Source: Squalus acanthias (taxonomy: Eukaryota). From it: a DNA stretch of 64,000 bases. A model generated the notes under the pieces. The model made no database searches. It was not told the DNA's origin and saw nothing but the letters and a program-made list of their open reading frames with translations. Shown here one piece after another: positions 10,595-24,180 of the stretch (positions within the stretch are counted from its first letter, which is position 1; each line of letters begins with the position of its first letter). Location of the stretch: positions 40,426,001 through 40,490,000 of the forward strand of contig CM059432.1 in NCBI GenBank assembly GCA_030390025.1. The letters are read 5' to 3'. The position numbers were made by a program, and so were the translations under genes.

Positions 10595-13500
10595 AATCAT
10601 AGAATGGTTACAGCACAGAAGGAGACCATTCGGCCCATCAAGCCCGTGCCGGCTCTCTGCAAGAACACTTCAGCTAGTCTCACTCCCCCGCTGCCCTGCA
10701 AATTGTTTTCCTTCAGGTACTTATCCAATTCCCATTTGAAAGCCACGATTGAGTCTGCTTCCACCACCCTTTCAGGCAGTGAATTCCAGATCCGAACCAT
10801 TCGCTGCGTAAAAAAGTTTTTCCTCATGTCGCCTTTGGTTCTTCTGCCAATCACCTTGAATCTGTGTCCTCTGGTTCTCGAACCTTCTGCCAATGGGAAC
10901 AGTTTCTCTCTATCTACTCTGTCTCGACCCCTCATGATTTTGAATACCTCTATCAAATCTCCTTTCAACCTTCTCTGCTCTATGGAGAACAACCCCAACT
11001 TCTCCAGTCTATCCACATAACTGAAGTCCCTCATCCCTGGAATCATTCTCGCAAGTCTTTTCTGCACCCTCTCTAAGACCTTCACATCCTTCCTAAAGTG
11101 TGGTGCCCAGAATTGGACACAATACTCCAGTTGAGACTGAACCAGTGTTTTATGAAGGTTCATCATAACTTCCTTGCTTTTGTACTCTATGCCTCTATTT
11201 ATGAAGCCCAGTATCCCGTATGCTTTTTTAACCGCTTTCTCAACCTGCCCTGCCACCTTCAACGATTTGTACACATATACCCCAGGTCTCTCTGTTCATG
11301 CACCCCCTTTAGGATTGTACCCTTTAGTTTATATTGCCTCTCCTCGTTCTTCCTACCAAAATGTATCACTTAGCACCTTTCTGCGTTAAATTTCATCTGC
11401 CATGTGTTCGCCCATTTCACCAGCCTGTCTATGTCTTCTTGAAGTCTATCACTATCCTCCTCACTGTTCACTATACCTCCAAATTTTGTGTCATATGCAG
11501 ATTTTGAAATTGTGTCCTGTACTCCCAAGTCCAAGTCATTAATATATATCAAGAAAAGCAGTGGTCCTAGTATCGACCCCTGGGGAACATCACTGTATAG
11601 GTTCCTCCAGTCCGAAAAACAACCGTTCACCACTACTCTCTGTTTCCTGTCACTTAGCCAATTTTGTATCCATGCTGCCACTGTCACTTTTATTCCATGG
11701 GTTTCAACTTTGCTGGTAAGCCTATTATGTGGCAATTTATCAAATGTCTTTTGGAAGTCCATATCCACCAAGTCAACCGCATTGCCCTCATCAACCCTCT
11801 TTGTTACCTCATCAAAAAACTCGATCAAGTTAGTTAAACACAATTTGCCTTTAACAAATCCATGCTGGCTTTCCTTATTTAATCCATACTTGTCCAAGTG
11901 ACTGTTAACTTTGTCCCTGATTATCGTTTCCAAAAGCTTCCCCACTACCAAGGTTAAACTGGCCTGTAGTTGCTGGGTTTAACCTTACACCCTTTTTTGA
12001 ACAAGGGTGTAACATTTGCAATTCTCCAGTCCTCAGGCACCACTCGAGTATCTAAGGAGGATTGAAAGATTATGGTCAGTACCTCCGCGATTGCCTCCTT
12101 AACCTCCTTCAGCATCCTAGGATGCATCCCATCCGGTCCTGGTGACTTATCAATTTTAAGTTCAGACAGCTTTTCTAGTACCTCCTCTTTATCAATTTTT
12201 ATCTCATCCAGTAACTCCACTACCTCTTCTTTCACTATGACTTTGGCAGCATCTTCTTCCTTGGTGAAGACAGATGCAAAGTACTCATCTTACTGCAATT
12301 ATATAGGGCCCTGGTGAGACCACACCTGGAGTATTGTGTACAGTTTTGGGGGGGAAAACGTTGGTTGCTTTGCGCCTCCCGTTAGCGCCCTAAGAGCCCG
12401 GACGCGGCGGCGCCAACGCCTCCCGCGAAATTCAGCAGGAGGTTAGCGGCAGCGGTAACCGTTAGCGCCGCCGATGACATCATCCCCTCCAGGACATCCT
12501 CTCTCTCCAGCACTGTAACATTCTCCTTAACCAATACTGCCACCCCACCTCCTTTCTTTCCTTCCCTATCTTTCCTGAACGCCTTATATCCAGGAATATT
12601 TAAAACCCAATCCTGCCCTTTTTTGAGTGAGGTCTCCATTATTGCCACAACATCATATTCCCATGTGGCTATTTGCACCTGCAGCTCACTTACCTCATTT
12701 ACCATGCTTCGTGCGTTTACACACATGCACTGTAAACCTGTGTTAGACCTTCTTGTATTCTCTCTTAATCTGACCCCACCTAATACCTTACTATTTCTTA
12801 CTCTAGTGCTATCTGTCTCGCCCCATCCTTTGTGTGCTCTGTTTCTCCTTTCTTATACTACATCCTGGTGCCCATCCCCCTGCCAAATTAGTTTAAACCC
12901 TCCCAACAGCACTAGCAAACCGCGCGCCCCCCCCCCCCCCCCCCCCCCTTGTTGAGGATATTGTTTCCGGCTCTGTTGAGGTGCAACCCATCTGACTTCC
13001 CCCAGAACTGGTCCTAATGTCCCAGGAATCTAAAGCCTTCCCTCCTGCACCATCTCTCCAGCCACAGATTCATCTGCTCTATCCTCCTATTTCTATACTC
13101 ACTAACTCGTGACACAGGGAGTAATCCAGAGATTACTACCTTTGAGGTCCTGCTTTTAAATCTCTTTCCTAGCTCCCTAAAGTCTGCCTGCAGGACCTCA
13201 CCCCTTTTTCTACCTATGTCGTTGGTACCAATATGGACCTATCCTCTGGCTGTTCAGCCTTCCCCCTCAGAATGTTCTGCAACCACTCAGTGACATCTTT
13301 GACCCCTGGCACCAGGGAGGCAACTTACCATCCTGGAATCACGTCTGCGGCCGCAGAAACGCCTGTCTGTTCCCCCCTAGCGAATCCCTTACCACTATTG
13401 CCTTCCTGATCTTCCTCCTCCCCCCGGTACAGCTGAGCCACCCGTGGTGCTGTGGAATTGACTCTGGCTGTACTCCCTAGAGGAACCAGCACCCTCACCA

Positions 13501-13883
13501 CTGAATACTGGTTGGAGAGCAAGATGCATTCAGGGGACTCCTGCACTACCTGCCTGGTCCTCCTTGTCTGTCTGTCAGTCACCCATTCCCTTTCTGCCTG
13601 CACACTCTTATGCTGCGGGGTGACCACCTCCTGAAACGTGCTGTCCACGTAGCTCTCAGCCTCACGGATACACCGCAGTGACGCCAGCTGCTGCTCAAGC
13701 TCCAAAACCTGGAGCTCGAGCTCCTCCAGCCGACAACATTTCCTGCACATATGGTTGTCCAGGACACGGGAAGCGTCCTGGATTTCCCACGTGGCACAGG
13801 ATGTGCATTCCGCCCGACTGAGGTGCCCTGCCATGCCTGTATTTATTCGACTATTAACTAACTTACAGAAGTAAACTTAAGAC
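10595..13883 (-). mobile_element. CR1 LINE, near full-length but internally deleted (ORF1 zinc-finger/esterase, ORF2 EN+RT)
   Basis: ORF1 MAGHLSRAECTSC...; EN CVNARS...; RT QHGFVKG...PQGS; 3' tail at 10595; foreign filler at 12290-12484. Confidence 0.92.
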
Positions 13884-14227
13884 GAAGGGCTAGAAATTTG
13901 GCTGCTTTGCGCCTCCGTAAATAAAATCCAAAATAAGTAGGAAACCTTCCTGTTTCAGATGGTTTTTTTGTGGAAAGTATGGAGTAATTATGAGTCTGCA
14001 CTGTCAGGGGGGAACCTTGCCAGACAGCAATGAAAATTGGAAATTCGGTGCACACTCTCTGCAATTTTCCAAACAGTCGCTTAATTGTCAGAAAATTGTG
14101 GGTATCACATGCCTGAATTTCTTATTTACAATGCTGGTCGATGAGGTTCCCCATTCGGAACATAGTCATAAGATTATCCTTTATGATCCTTCTTGTCTTC
14201 CAGTTTTTTTCTTATCTTTTTCCTAGT

Positions 14228-14441
14228 TCCTAAGCTCTGGAATTCCTTCCCTAAACCTCTCCGCCTGTCTACCTCGCTCTCTCATCCTTTAAGACACACC
14301 TTAAAACCTACCTAGCTTTTGGTCACTTGTCCTCATATCTCATGTGGTTCGGTGTCAAATTTTGTTTGATAACGCTCCTGCGAAGCACCTTGGGATGTTT
14401 TACTACGTTAAAGGTGCTATATAAATGCATGTTATTGTTGT
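14228..14441 (+). mobile_element. L2 LINE 3' end fragment
   Basis: LWNSLP-coding segment and AAGCACCTTGGGATG...GGTGCTATATAAATG tail; matches 58047-58270 in reverse. Confidence 0.7.
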
Positions 14442-14787
14442 AGTCTCCCAAGCCACATAGGGCGATAGGAAAGGCAACTGCCAATATTGCCAATGAGTTG
14501 TTTACCAGGAGACCAATGTGAGCACAACATTCCTTCCTCACAGTAATGCAGCCGTGACTAGAAACCATTGGTGTGAGAGGTGCTGAGTGTGTCCACTCTG
14601 TGATGCTGCACATTGGTAATCCAACCTGCTGCATACCATTATCGTATCAAAACAAATACATTTTCTCCCTGTTTCTTTAGTTTTCCCTTATTCACCACAT
14701 GTATATAACACATACAAATACACACAGGCACAGACAAATACTTTCTCTCAGACAGCTACATTTTCTTCCCCCTTTTAGAAGCTCTTC

Positions 14788-15172
14788 ACCCACTCCAGAG
14801 AATGGAGCACAAAATCAAGGCTGACACTCCGGTGCAGTACTGAGACAGTGCTACACTGTTGGAGGCGCTGTCTTTCGGATAAGATGTTAAACCAAGGCCC
14901 CATCTGCCCTCGCAGGTGGACGTGAAAGATCCCGTGGCATTTTTTGAAGACTAGCAAGGGAAATCTCCCTGGTGCCCTGGCCAATATTTATCTTTCAACC
15001 ACCATCACTAAGAACAGATTATCAGCTGATTATCACATTGCTGTTTGTGGGACCTTGCTGTGTGCAAATTGGCTGCTGCGTTTCCTAGAACAGTGACTAC
15101 GCTTCTAAAGTACTTAATTGGCTGTAAAGCACTTTGGGATGTCCAGAAGACGTGTAAGGCACTATATAATAC
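14788..15172 (+). mobile_element. DeuSINE (SacSINE1/AmnSINE-type), 5'-truncated
   Basis: Deu domain GTGCAGTACTGAG...GATCCCGTGGCA and L2-like tail; similar to 23727-24180. Confidence 0.8.
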
Positions 15173-15179
15173 CTTGCCT

Positions 15180-15400
15180 TGATCATCTCTTAATGTCTCT
15201 TAATATCTCTTAATCACTCCTTTTGTTCTTTCATCCCCTCCCCCTTTTCCCAGCTTTATCCTTGCCTTAAATCTATTTCATTTCCTGCTATTTCCAGTTC
15301 TGACGAAAGGTCTTCGACCTGAAACGTTAACTCTGTTTCTCTCTCCACGGATGCTGCCTGGCCTGCTGAGTTTTTCCAGCGTTTTCAGTTGTTATTTACT
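15180..15400 (+). mobile_element. Penelope pLTR fragment containing a minimal hammerhead ribozyme motif
   Basis: CTGACGA-AGGTC-TTC-GACCT-GAAAC at 15300-15325; matches the pLTR of the element at 26079. Confidence 0.75.
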
Positions 15401-16592
15401 ATATAATACAAGTCTGTCTTTATTTTCTATGCAGCAGCCTGTAGAGACTGAAGACTAGATTTTCCTCCAGGACAGTTTTGCTGCCAGGGGTGGGTGTGGC
15501 AGGAATAACACCTACCACACCAACCCCCATCCATTTTCCCAGAATGAGGCCTTGTTAAAGATGCAGAGCCAGCCTATGGTGTTATCTCTGCCTGACAGAG
15601 ACAGCCCTCCAGTCAATAGAAGAAAAATTAAATGGTGCTTCAGCAGGACAACCTGAAGGGGAAACAGTGAACATTAAAATGAGCACAGGCCCCCTGAAAT
15701 CTTGGCAAATAGTTTGGAATGAGCCGTGACAGACACTGCAGGCAGAATGAGGGCAGAAGAGAGGGAGTGGTGGCTATTGGTCCTCCCCCCTCATTCAAGG
15801 CCTTTAATGGCCTTCTTGCCACTTCCACAATCAGTTCTGCCACCCCCTGCCCTTTTTCTGGTCTTACCTGGGGTTGGAGGTACCGCAGTGAGAAGGCAGT
15901 GAAATCGACCTGTTTCCCTAGCCCTGCCCCTGTCATCATTTAAATGCAGTGGGTCAGTCAAGGGGCGGACAGCCAAGATACCTAGTAGTAATGGAGGAGG
16001 ATGAAAACATCTAACAGTGTTTTTAGGGGCGGGGATCCAGTGGTAGGCTCCCTGCCCCCAACTTCTCTGCTTCCTCATTGCTAATAGCGCCAGACTCGAG
16101 TGGCATAGTTAAGATCTTCCAGCCCTGAGTGTAATACAAAATGCACCTTTGACATGAAGTACACCGGTACAGGAAAAGGTAACTAGGCATCCTGCTATCC
16201 AGCAGCATAGGTAAGGGCAGCACATCAGGCAGCCTTAGGACTTCAAAACATGATTAGAGGGTCATAAAGCAAACAGGTGTTCTTACAAGGTAAAATTGCA
16301 CTGCATTTTTAAAGGTTAAATTTATGTTTTCTAGGTGACTTTTCTGCACATTGAGGTGGAGCCTATTAGTACTGGGCAATGGAATATGATCCATTCTCAG
16401 CACCCAGTCAGGTAGAGCAAGGGCAAAACACACAGCAAAATTCTCATTTTTCTGTCGAACACTGTACTTTAACTCTAGCACGGAAAACAACCAGACTCCA
16501 CAAATGTGAAACTTTTACACTTCCCTTATTAACCATTCTTTTGATCTCTGATTGAGATTTCCAATCATGCCAATAAATGAGTAGTTTTAAAA

Positions 16593-16885
16593 AATTCATT
16601 CTCGGGATATGGGCATCACGAGCAAACCCAGCATTTATTGCCCATTGTTTGCTACCCTTGAGAAGATGGCAGTGTGCCTTCTAGAGCCACATTCCAGGTG
16701 GTGAAGGTACTCCCACAGTGCTGTTAGATAGGAAGTTCCAGGATTTTGACCCAGCGACGATGAAGGAGCGGTGATATATGTCCGACTCATGATGGTGAGA
16801 GACTTGGAAAGGAACTTGGAGGTGGTGGTGTTCCCATGCGCCTGCTGCCCTTGTCCTCTCAGCTGTGGGTTTGGGAGGTATTTGT
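16593..16885 (-). mobile_element. CR1-Zenon LINE 3' fragment
   Basis: Reverse-complement similarity to 52910-53215. Confidence 0.8.
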
Positions 16886-17144
16886 ATTGTGGCCCATCTC
16901 CAATTGGATTGAAACTGGCCACATTCAGTTTATACAAGATGCTTACTTCCAGCTCACAGAGGAAACTTTTATTCCATCAGTCTGGGCTGGATTATAATTC
17001 AGATCCGAGGGTGAAAGCACGGCGCACCCAGCTTCTCCAGCAGTATTTTGCAAAGCAGAGAAAAAGATTTGAATTGTCAAATAAAAGCAGCACATATATT
17101 TAATTCTATAGTTTGCAGAAGGAATCTGAAAGAACGCTGCATAC

Positions 17145-17299
17145 CTGGTCTTCTTCTCCACCCCCTTCTTCATCATAATTTAGGATGTTTTCCCGTATAT
17201 CCTCCCAGCTCTCATGCTCGACAGGTATGTGGTAAACTCCCCCTTTCTGGAACTTGGTTTTTCCACATAAACCCCATATACTGAAGCCAATCACCAGAA
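17145..17299 (-). CDS. cadherin exon 20, TM end and juxtamembrane p120-binding core (EDIRENILNYDEEGGGEEDQ)
   Basis: AG/GT flanks, 155 nt. Confidence 0.94.
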
Positions 17300-18565
17300 C
17301 TGAAACATCAAAAGGTACAACAGGACTTCAGTCACCAGCAGTAACCTGGAGTCTAAGTTCATAAAATTAGCTCTATGGCTGTAAATGATATTCCACTACT
17401 CAGTGAAAAGGACACAGCATCCGAGATTATCCAATTGCCATTATTTTAAACAGCGGCATTAACCCCTTTAAAATAATTGGGTGAATGCCGGTGTTAAAAT
17501 AATGCCAGTTGCAAAATCTAGGCTAGCATCTATGAGGCAGTACCAGTGCAAACTAATTACTCAATAGATGAAGACAGATACAACCGCTCTCTAGTAAAGC
17601 AAGCAGATGTTAGAACAGTGACCTATTCAGTTTTGGGGGTGGCCACCTGATAATTTTTGTATCTGAAAACCAGTTAAAGCAAAAAATAATTTACAAGTGC
17701 AGTTGGTATAACTCCATTTGTAGCGAGGTTTTCTTTTCTTGGGGGGAAAAGGGTGGGATGGAAAATCACTGTATGCAGGTGATCTTGTCTAGTATAAATA
17801 CTTAGTTCACAAACAATGTAACACTGCAGTTTCCTTTAAATACATTAAAGAAACACAATGCATCGTAATCTTGGGGTGGAAGAATAGATAACCCACCAGT
17901 GCATCAACATATTTGATTAGGGTAGGGCAATGAAATTAATTTTGGATTGTGCCCACAATGGGCTGAATGGCCTCCTTCTGTGCTGTAAGCATCTGTGATT
18001 CTAACAATTTGACAGTCTCCACTACCAGGAAAACCAGCCTATAAAATCTTTGGCGGTGTTGTTGTAATGCAACAGAAGAAATTCTCATTCCCGTGTTCAT
18101 CCTGGTGGCTGGTTACAGAGTAACATCAGCAGGCGTCTGGGAGTAGATCACCTGCCTGCCCTCTCAACCAAGGATTACATGCAGGACAAGTGAGTTATTG
18201 TGGTAAGTGATTTAACATCTGCTCAGAAGTTAGCATTTTCATTGCCTCCGGAACATTTCTCTACAAGATGGCAGTACTGGGGCAGCAAATCATAGCACAC
18301 ATGGCAAGTGTGGAAACTTGTGGAATGCTTGCGCCAAATCACTTGCCCTAATTGGGTGCAGCACAAGGAAATCAGAATGGGGTGAAAGACCGATACTGAA
18401 ACACTTGAAACAACACAAAGAATCTGGTTCTTGAAAGTTTAACACAAAAGGAGAAGCAGACAGGCAAAGAATTAGGGCGCTGTTGGAAAGTGACATCGGC
18501 AGAGATGCCAAACGAGATGGATCAGGTCAGAGCAGGAATAGGCTGGCAATAAATTAATGAGCTAC

Positions 18566-18819
18566 CTAATAAGAGGAGGAGGCACATGCTGATGCCCAGG
18601 ATGGAGATGATGTTCAGCCTTGCTGGGATTCCTGAAGTCACCATGCTGATCTCACAATGCTGTCCTTTGTAACCTTCTGCGCAATGGCAGGCAAACACGT
18701 CCAGTGTTTGTGCGACACAAGTGCCCCCATTCCGACACGTCCACGCTCCACATGGTGACGTCGCACAGTGCTCGAGGCCTGTCTGATTACTTATCACTGA
18801 CACCTGACCAGCTGGACAC
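18566..18819 (-). CDS. cadherin exon 19, EGF4 and transmembrane start (CPAG...CRNGGTC...ISILGISMCLLLLL)
   Basis: AG/GT flanks, 254 nt. Confidence 0.92.
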
Positions 18820-19399
18820 CTGTGTTAGAAATGAACAGGAATGACAACCTGCCAGAACAGAATTAGCTACATTTGTAACCCCCCCCCCCCCCGGCCCCCC
18901 GCTGCCCACATTTTTCCTACTTCTCCCACAAAGCTATACTGAGCGTGCTCATTTTGAGTCAAACGCTGGAAAGCAATTCTACCTCCAATTTTTGCTTCCT
19001 ATGGGAAAGAGCCTGATCTCAACTTTCTTGATGGTAAGTACGAAATCAGAAAGTTGCCAGCTGGGAAATTGAGAGTGCAGATTGTCATCATACATGTTGG
19101 GACACTAACGCGCAGCTGGCATTTGTTGCTTTTTGTATTATGCAGGTTTTTTTTTTTAAGTGCTTTATGTGGCAATTGCATTGAGCATTGTAGGTGCAAC
19201 ATGTATGAAAGCATAAAAAATTGCTATCGTAAAATCACAACACAGCGCATTAGTACATTTTTCCAGCAGTCAGTTACTGGGTAATATACACTACATGGTA
19301 ATAGATATAAATAAATAAACACCTGACTGGATTTTAGACAGTGCAAATCCAGATCTATATACTGACATTCACTGTTTCCTGAATGCTATTTGTAACTAG

Positions 19400-19783
19400 T
19401 AGGGTTGCTGACCCTCCAGGATTGACCTGGAGTCTCCCGGAATTGAAGATTCATCTCTAGGACACTGCTGTGAGCCAACCCAGGAGAAAGATCATTAGGG
19501 CATTAAAAAAAGTGTTTTTTAAAATATTTTCTTTGAACACTTTTGTTTATTAATTATAAAAATAAAGGAATGGGGGGGTGGGGGGAAGCTGTTTGTCTGT
19601 CAAGGGTCATCCAATTGAGTCATGAAGAGGCTGTTTGCTTTCCAATTGGCGTGAGAAGACGGTGTGCCGTGAGGATGGATGAGTCGGCCCACCAATAGCG
19701 GGAGCGTGGGGGCGGAGCATTTGGAGGCAGGACGTCAGGTAATGAAACCGCCAGGAATAATCCAACCACAGTTGGCACCCCTA
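19400..19783. mobile_element. hAT-type MITE
   Basis: TAGGGTTGC...GCACCCCTA termini with a perfect 8-bp TSD GTAACTAG (19392-19399, 19784-19791). Confidence 0.85.
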
Positions 19784-19853
19784 GTAACTAGTGATTCATT
19801 GCATGACATGTTACATTATACAAAGTATTTATGAAGTGTTAATAATCCTGTAC

Positions 19854-20034
19854 CTGCACTCATGTTTTCTCCATAAATCTATACAATAAAATGGGATATA
19901 ACAGGGCCTGCTGCTACAGGCATCCGAGTGGCAGCCGATTGTTACACTCCTTCGCTCCAGAGTAGCAGTTAACATTGTATTCTTTCCATCCATTGGCAAG
20001 AGATGACCATTTAATCGAACATCACGCATGCAGC
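19854..20034 (-). CDS. cadherin exon 18, laminin-G 2 end and EGF3 (GCMRDVRLNG...CIDLWRKHECR)
   Basis: AG/GT flanks, 181 nt. Confidence 0.92.
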
Positions 20035-21030
20035 CTAAATTCAAGCAAAGACACAGCTGTTTAACTCTCATATCACTCCAGCCTTTCAACTACTACTGAA
20101 TACATATTCAGTAAAAAAAAAACACTTCACGATCAATTGCATCCTGTGTTCAATTGCCTTCGTGCTCCAATCAGCTAATTTTCCAACTTGTATTGCTCCA
20201 CTTTTCTGGTTAGTGAGGGGGAGATTTTCCTATTGCTGGGGCTCTGCCTCTGTGCTGATTTTTAGCCTAACTACAAGAGTGGTCCAAGGTGAGTCAACCA
20301 TTTATATTCTATCCATCCCAATAAAAAACTGCTCAGGATGTTTTAAGCTAGCAAAAACACTGGCCAGCAGTTAATTATAAAAATAAAAACAGAAAAAAAA
20401 GACAGTTGGCAGACAAACCAAAATTACACAGGCGACATTGTTAGGAAGCCTTATTTCTGCTTTGCACTCTGAAATGGAGGACAGTAAATGAATGCTGTGA
20501 ATTGAAATGTAAAAAGTAATCAATGTAAAACAGCTGAATACCATGGATATTTCTGGTTACTTAGCATTTCTGGTATGTACCCCTAGGGCCATCTCCCTTT
20601 TAATCAATTTGTTGCCACTATCTTTTGCGATAAATTTCTATGATTAGGAGGGTAAGAGTTGTCAATTTTGGAGAATGGACCGATTTTTTACTGTTTGCAT
20701 CTGAAGGCTAATTGCCTGAATGCACGTTCCCATGGGTGAGGCTGTGTCAGGAGACCACATTTGAAAAATCAGCTATACGGTGACAGCATAAAGCATCCCT
20801 CCGTCAGTTAAAGCAGAACCAGGTACAAAAATAAAACTTTCTCTACCCTCCCCCAACAACCTGCTTCACCCTCAAACTCCTGCAGCAGTGTGAAGTTTCC
20901 ATTTCCTACACCAACCAATTGAGTGAGATTGACCAGTTTCTTACTGTGGATTGTGCCTCCTAAGAACAGGACTGAAATTACATAAACTTGCTTCACACAG
21001 GAACCTCTCAGGGAGATTTGGCTTTCATCT

Positions 21031-21394
21031 TTTTATTCATTCACCGGATGTGGACTTTGTTGGCAAGGCCACAATTTATTGCCCATCCCCAATTGCCCTT
21101 GAAAAGGTGGTGATGAGCCACCTTCTTGAATACAACTGAGTGGCTTGCTAGGCCATTTCAAAGGGCAGTTAGGAGTCACATATAGGCCATACCAGGTAAG
21201 GATGGCCTTCCCTAAATGACATTAGTGAACCAGATGGGTTTGTTACAACAATCCAGTAGTTTCATGGTCACCATTACCAGCTTTTTATTCCAGATTTATT
21301 TAATTGAATTACTGTGGTGGGATTTGAACTTCTGTCTCCAGATTAGTCCAGGTCTCTGGATTACTAGTCTAGTAACATAACCACTATGCTACCA
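21031..21394 (-). mobile_element. tRNA-headed SINE (bipartite partner of the CR1-Zenon LINE)
   Basis: GGTAGCATAGTGG...GTTCAAATCC head; junction CACTCAGTTGTA|TTCAAGAAGG at 21131/21130 joins the LINE 5' and 3' ends. Confidence 0.88.
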
Positions 21395-21780
21395 TACCCC
21401 CTGAAAGAACTATATGCTAACCCATCATACATCCTAGTTCCCCAGCCCTTCAACTGTGGGTATATTCTTTCAGTAATTAATGAGAGTAAAAAAGTCAGTG
21501 CGAGTATGAAACAAGCTTTCCTGTTTTACACTTGCAGAACTTTTTCAATCATCTTAGTGACTAAAGGGAAATATACACTGATATTTAAACAAATATGCCA
21601 ACACTAATTGAGTTTGCAAAAGCCAAACACTTCATAACAATGGGTCTGGCTCATTTATTTTTCAGCTTTCAGGGTAAGCCCATGCGTGGAGATTGCTGCA
21701 ACTACAAACATCACCTTGTCCATCACAGCAGCTTTTAAATAATTTGCTATCCTGATTCAGTGCCAGGTGTTACATCATAC

Positions 21781-22045
21781 CTTGGAAATCACTTGGTGGA
21801 CGCTCAGGGAGGTTCTTTCCCAACACCAGACTTGAAGGATCTATTAGGATTTCTCTGTGGGTGCCGAGAGTCGATGTCACCTCATGGGCTCCTCCTCCAT
21901 TGTTGAGGCGCAGTGTAAATTTATTGTCGTGTCGGTCCACGTTTACGAGAGTCCACTGGCCGTTGTCCACACGCATTGTTTGCAGTTTCAACGAATGTTC
22001 CCAATCACCAAGGTTGACACGGATCCCAAAATATCCACTGGCGAT
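21781..22045 (-). CDS. cadherin exon 17, laminin-G 2 (IASGYFG...VDNGQW...SDFQ)
   Basis: AG/GT flanks, 265 nt. Confidence 0.92.
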
Positions 22046-22277
22046 CTATTTCACAGCAGCAAAACAAAACAGAAAAGAAAAAGAAAATTGAAACTTTCAA
22101 TAATGATCTAAAAGCATTTTAGAAAACAATAAATGCAAATTTAAAGGAGAAGAAAAATCTAGGGGGATATCTTCATGCCCAAGTAGGTCCCACATGCTCA
22201 TTTAAAAAAAGAGAAATGTGCCTCCTACCCAATAGGGAATATCTTTGATTTCATGAGTCATTATCCCTACCATGGAG

Positions 22278-22855
22278 ACATAGGAGCATTCAACTCCTCG
22301 GGCCACTTCCGCCAATCAATTAGATCATGGCTAAGCTGTATCTCAACTCCATTTACCCACGTTTGCTCCATATCTCTTGATACCCTTACCTAACAAAAAT
22401 CTACTAATCTTCCTCATTTCACTCCTAAATGGCCTAGCTCTAATTTTAAGATTATGCCCCCTTGTTCTGAATTCCCCCCACCAGAGGAAATAATTTCTCT
22501 GTATCTAACCTATCAAATCCCTTTATCATTTTAAAGGCGTCAATTCGATCACCCCTCAAACCTTGTGAACTCAAGTGAATACAAACCAAGTTTATACAAC
22601 CTGTCTTCATAATTTAACCCTTTAAACTCTGGTATCATTCTAGAGAATCTGCACCATAGCCCCTCCAAGGCCAGTACATATTTCCTGAGGTTTGGTGCCC
22701 AAAACTGAACACAGCACCCCAGATGGGGTCTAACCTAAGCCTCGACAACAGAAGCATCACTTCCACCTCTTTGTATTCCAGCCTCCTTGAGATAAAGGCC
22801 AACATTCCATTATCCTTTCTGATGAATTTTTCTACCTGTGCACTAACTTTTACTT
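22278..22855 (-). mobile_element. CR1 LINE 3' fragment
   Basis: GMLAFISRRLEYK-coding region and CR1 3' UTR. Confidence 0.8.
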
Positions 22856-22972
22856 GTTCTAGATGCATCACAATCTCTGAGACTTTTGCAGTTAATTCCT
22901 GGGAATATCTGTGGCCAGTGTAAACTCTGTTCATGCACTTAGCAGTGTTTAACAAAAGTTTTTGGTTGCCAC

Positions 22973-23139
22973 CTCCAGTATAATGTATTCGCTTGTGTCC
23001 TTGGATGCTAGGCTGAAGAGAGAACAGTTGGGATTCCGGGTACGAAGCATCAGCTGCACTTGTGTTGTGCGAGTGCTAAGAGCTCCTTTCTGCTGGTACT
23101 GAATCAGACTGTCCTTTTCAAAGGACCATTCAGGCAGAG
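22973..23139 (-). CDS. cadherin exon 16, laminin-G 2 start (ALPEWSFE...LRTR...EYIILE)
   Basis: AG/GT flanks, 167 nt. Confidence 0.9.
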
Positions 23140-23726
23140 CTGCAGGCAAAAAAAACCCACAATAAGTAAATACAGCATAAAGAATAAATCTAATGAAACA
23201 TTATTAAATAGCATTTTATGTATTTTTACATTTATTTTTAAGTTAAAAGCATTTTTACAAAAGCTCCCCCGATGGCTTCATGGGAAAAGGTATTGTCCGA
23301 TGTAGCATTCAGTCATACAAACCAATTATTCGCTAGGTTGATTCCTGGTCTGTGCAGAGTTAATTGATCTCTGCCTGAGCAGCAGTAAGGTTAAGATAAT
23401 TGGCCTCAATTGGACTAGGGAGAGCAAAATCAGCTAGTGGTCTCTGCTGGAAAGTGCGTGTATGTGGACGCGAGAACATTAAAAATATTGGTTGCGAAAC
23501 CTCCGTGGTCCAAGAACCTGCAGACACTCACTGTCTGAACTCATACATGAAGAATGGCCGCTGGAGTGAGGTAACAGAGGGGTGCTGGTACTTGATAACA
23601 GTATCCTAGTCAGTGCCGTCCGGAGATCTGGGAGGGGGGGAAATTCAGATAAAGCAAACATATTTTAACATTTACTCTTCCGCTGCTTTTTTTTCCCCAG
23701 CACCTCACATCACTTCATCAGCTTTG

Positions 23727-24180
23727 TGTGTCAGCCGTGGCTCAGTGGGTAGCACTTTCGCCTCCGAGTCAGAAGGTTGTGGATTCAAGTCCCACTCCAG
23801 AGACCTGAACACAAAAATCTAGGCTGACACTTCAGTGCAGTACTGAGGGAGTGCTGCACTGTCGGAGGTGCCGTCTTTCAGATGAGACGTTAAACCGAGG
23901 CCCCGTCTCCTCCCTCAGGCCAACGTAAAAGATCCCATGGCACTATTCCGAAGAGGAGCAGGGGAGTTATCCTTGATGTCCTGGCTGATGTTTATCCCTC
24001 AATCAACATCACTAAAAACAGATTATCTGGTCATTGGGAGCTTGCTGTGTGCAGATTGGCTGCCGTGTTTCCTACATTACAACAGTGAGTACACTTCAAA
24101 AAGTATTTCATTGGCTGTAAAGCGGTTTGGGATGTCCGGTGGTCATGAAAGGTGCTATATAAATACAAGTCTTTCTTTCT
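23727..24180 (+). mobile_element. DeuSINE (SacSINE1-type), full length
   Basis: tRNA head (TGGCTCAGTGG, ATTCAAGTCC), Deu domain, L2-like tail and (CTTT)n end. Confidence 0.88.

Noticed and set aside
23727..23800. tRNA gene (also considered at 50354 and 21394)
   Set aside because: A/B boxes run into SINE or LINE bodies with no clean cloverleaf or terminator; these are tRNA-derived heads.
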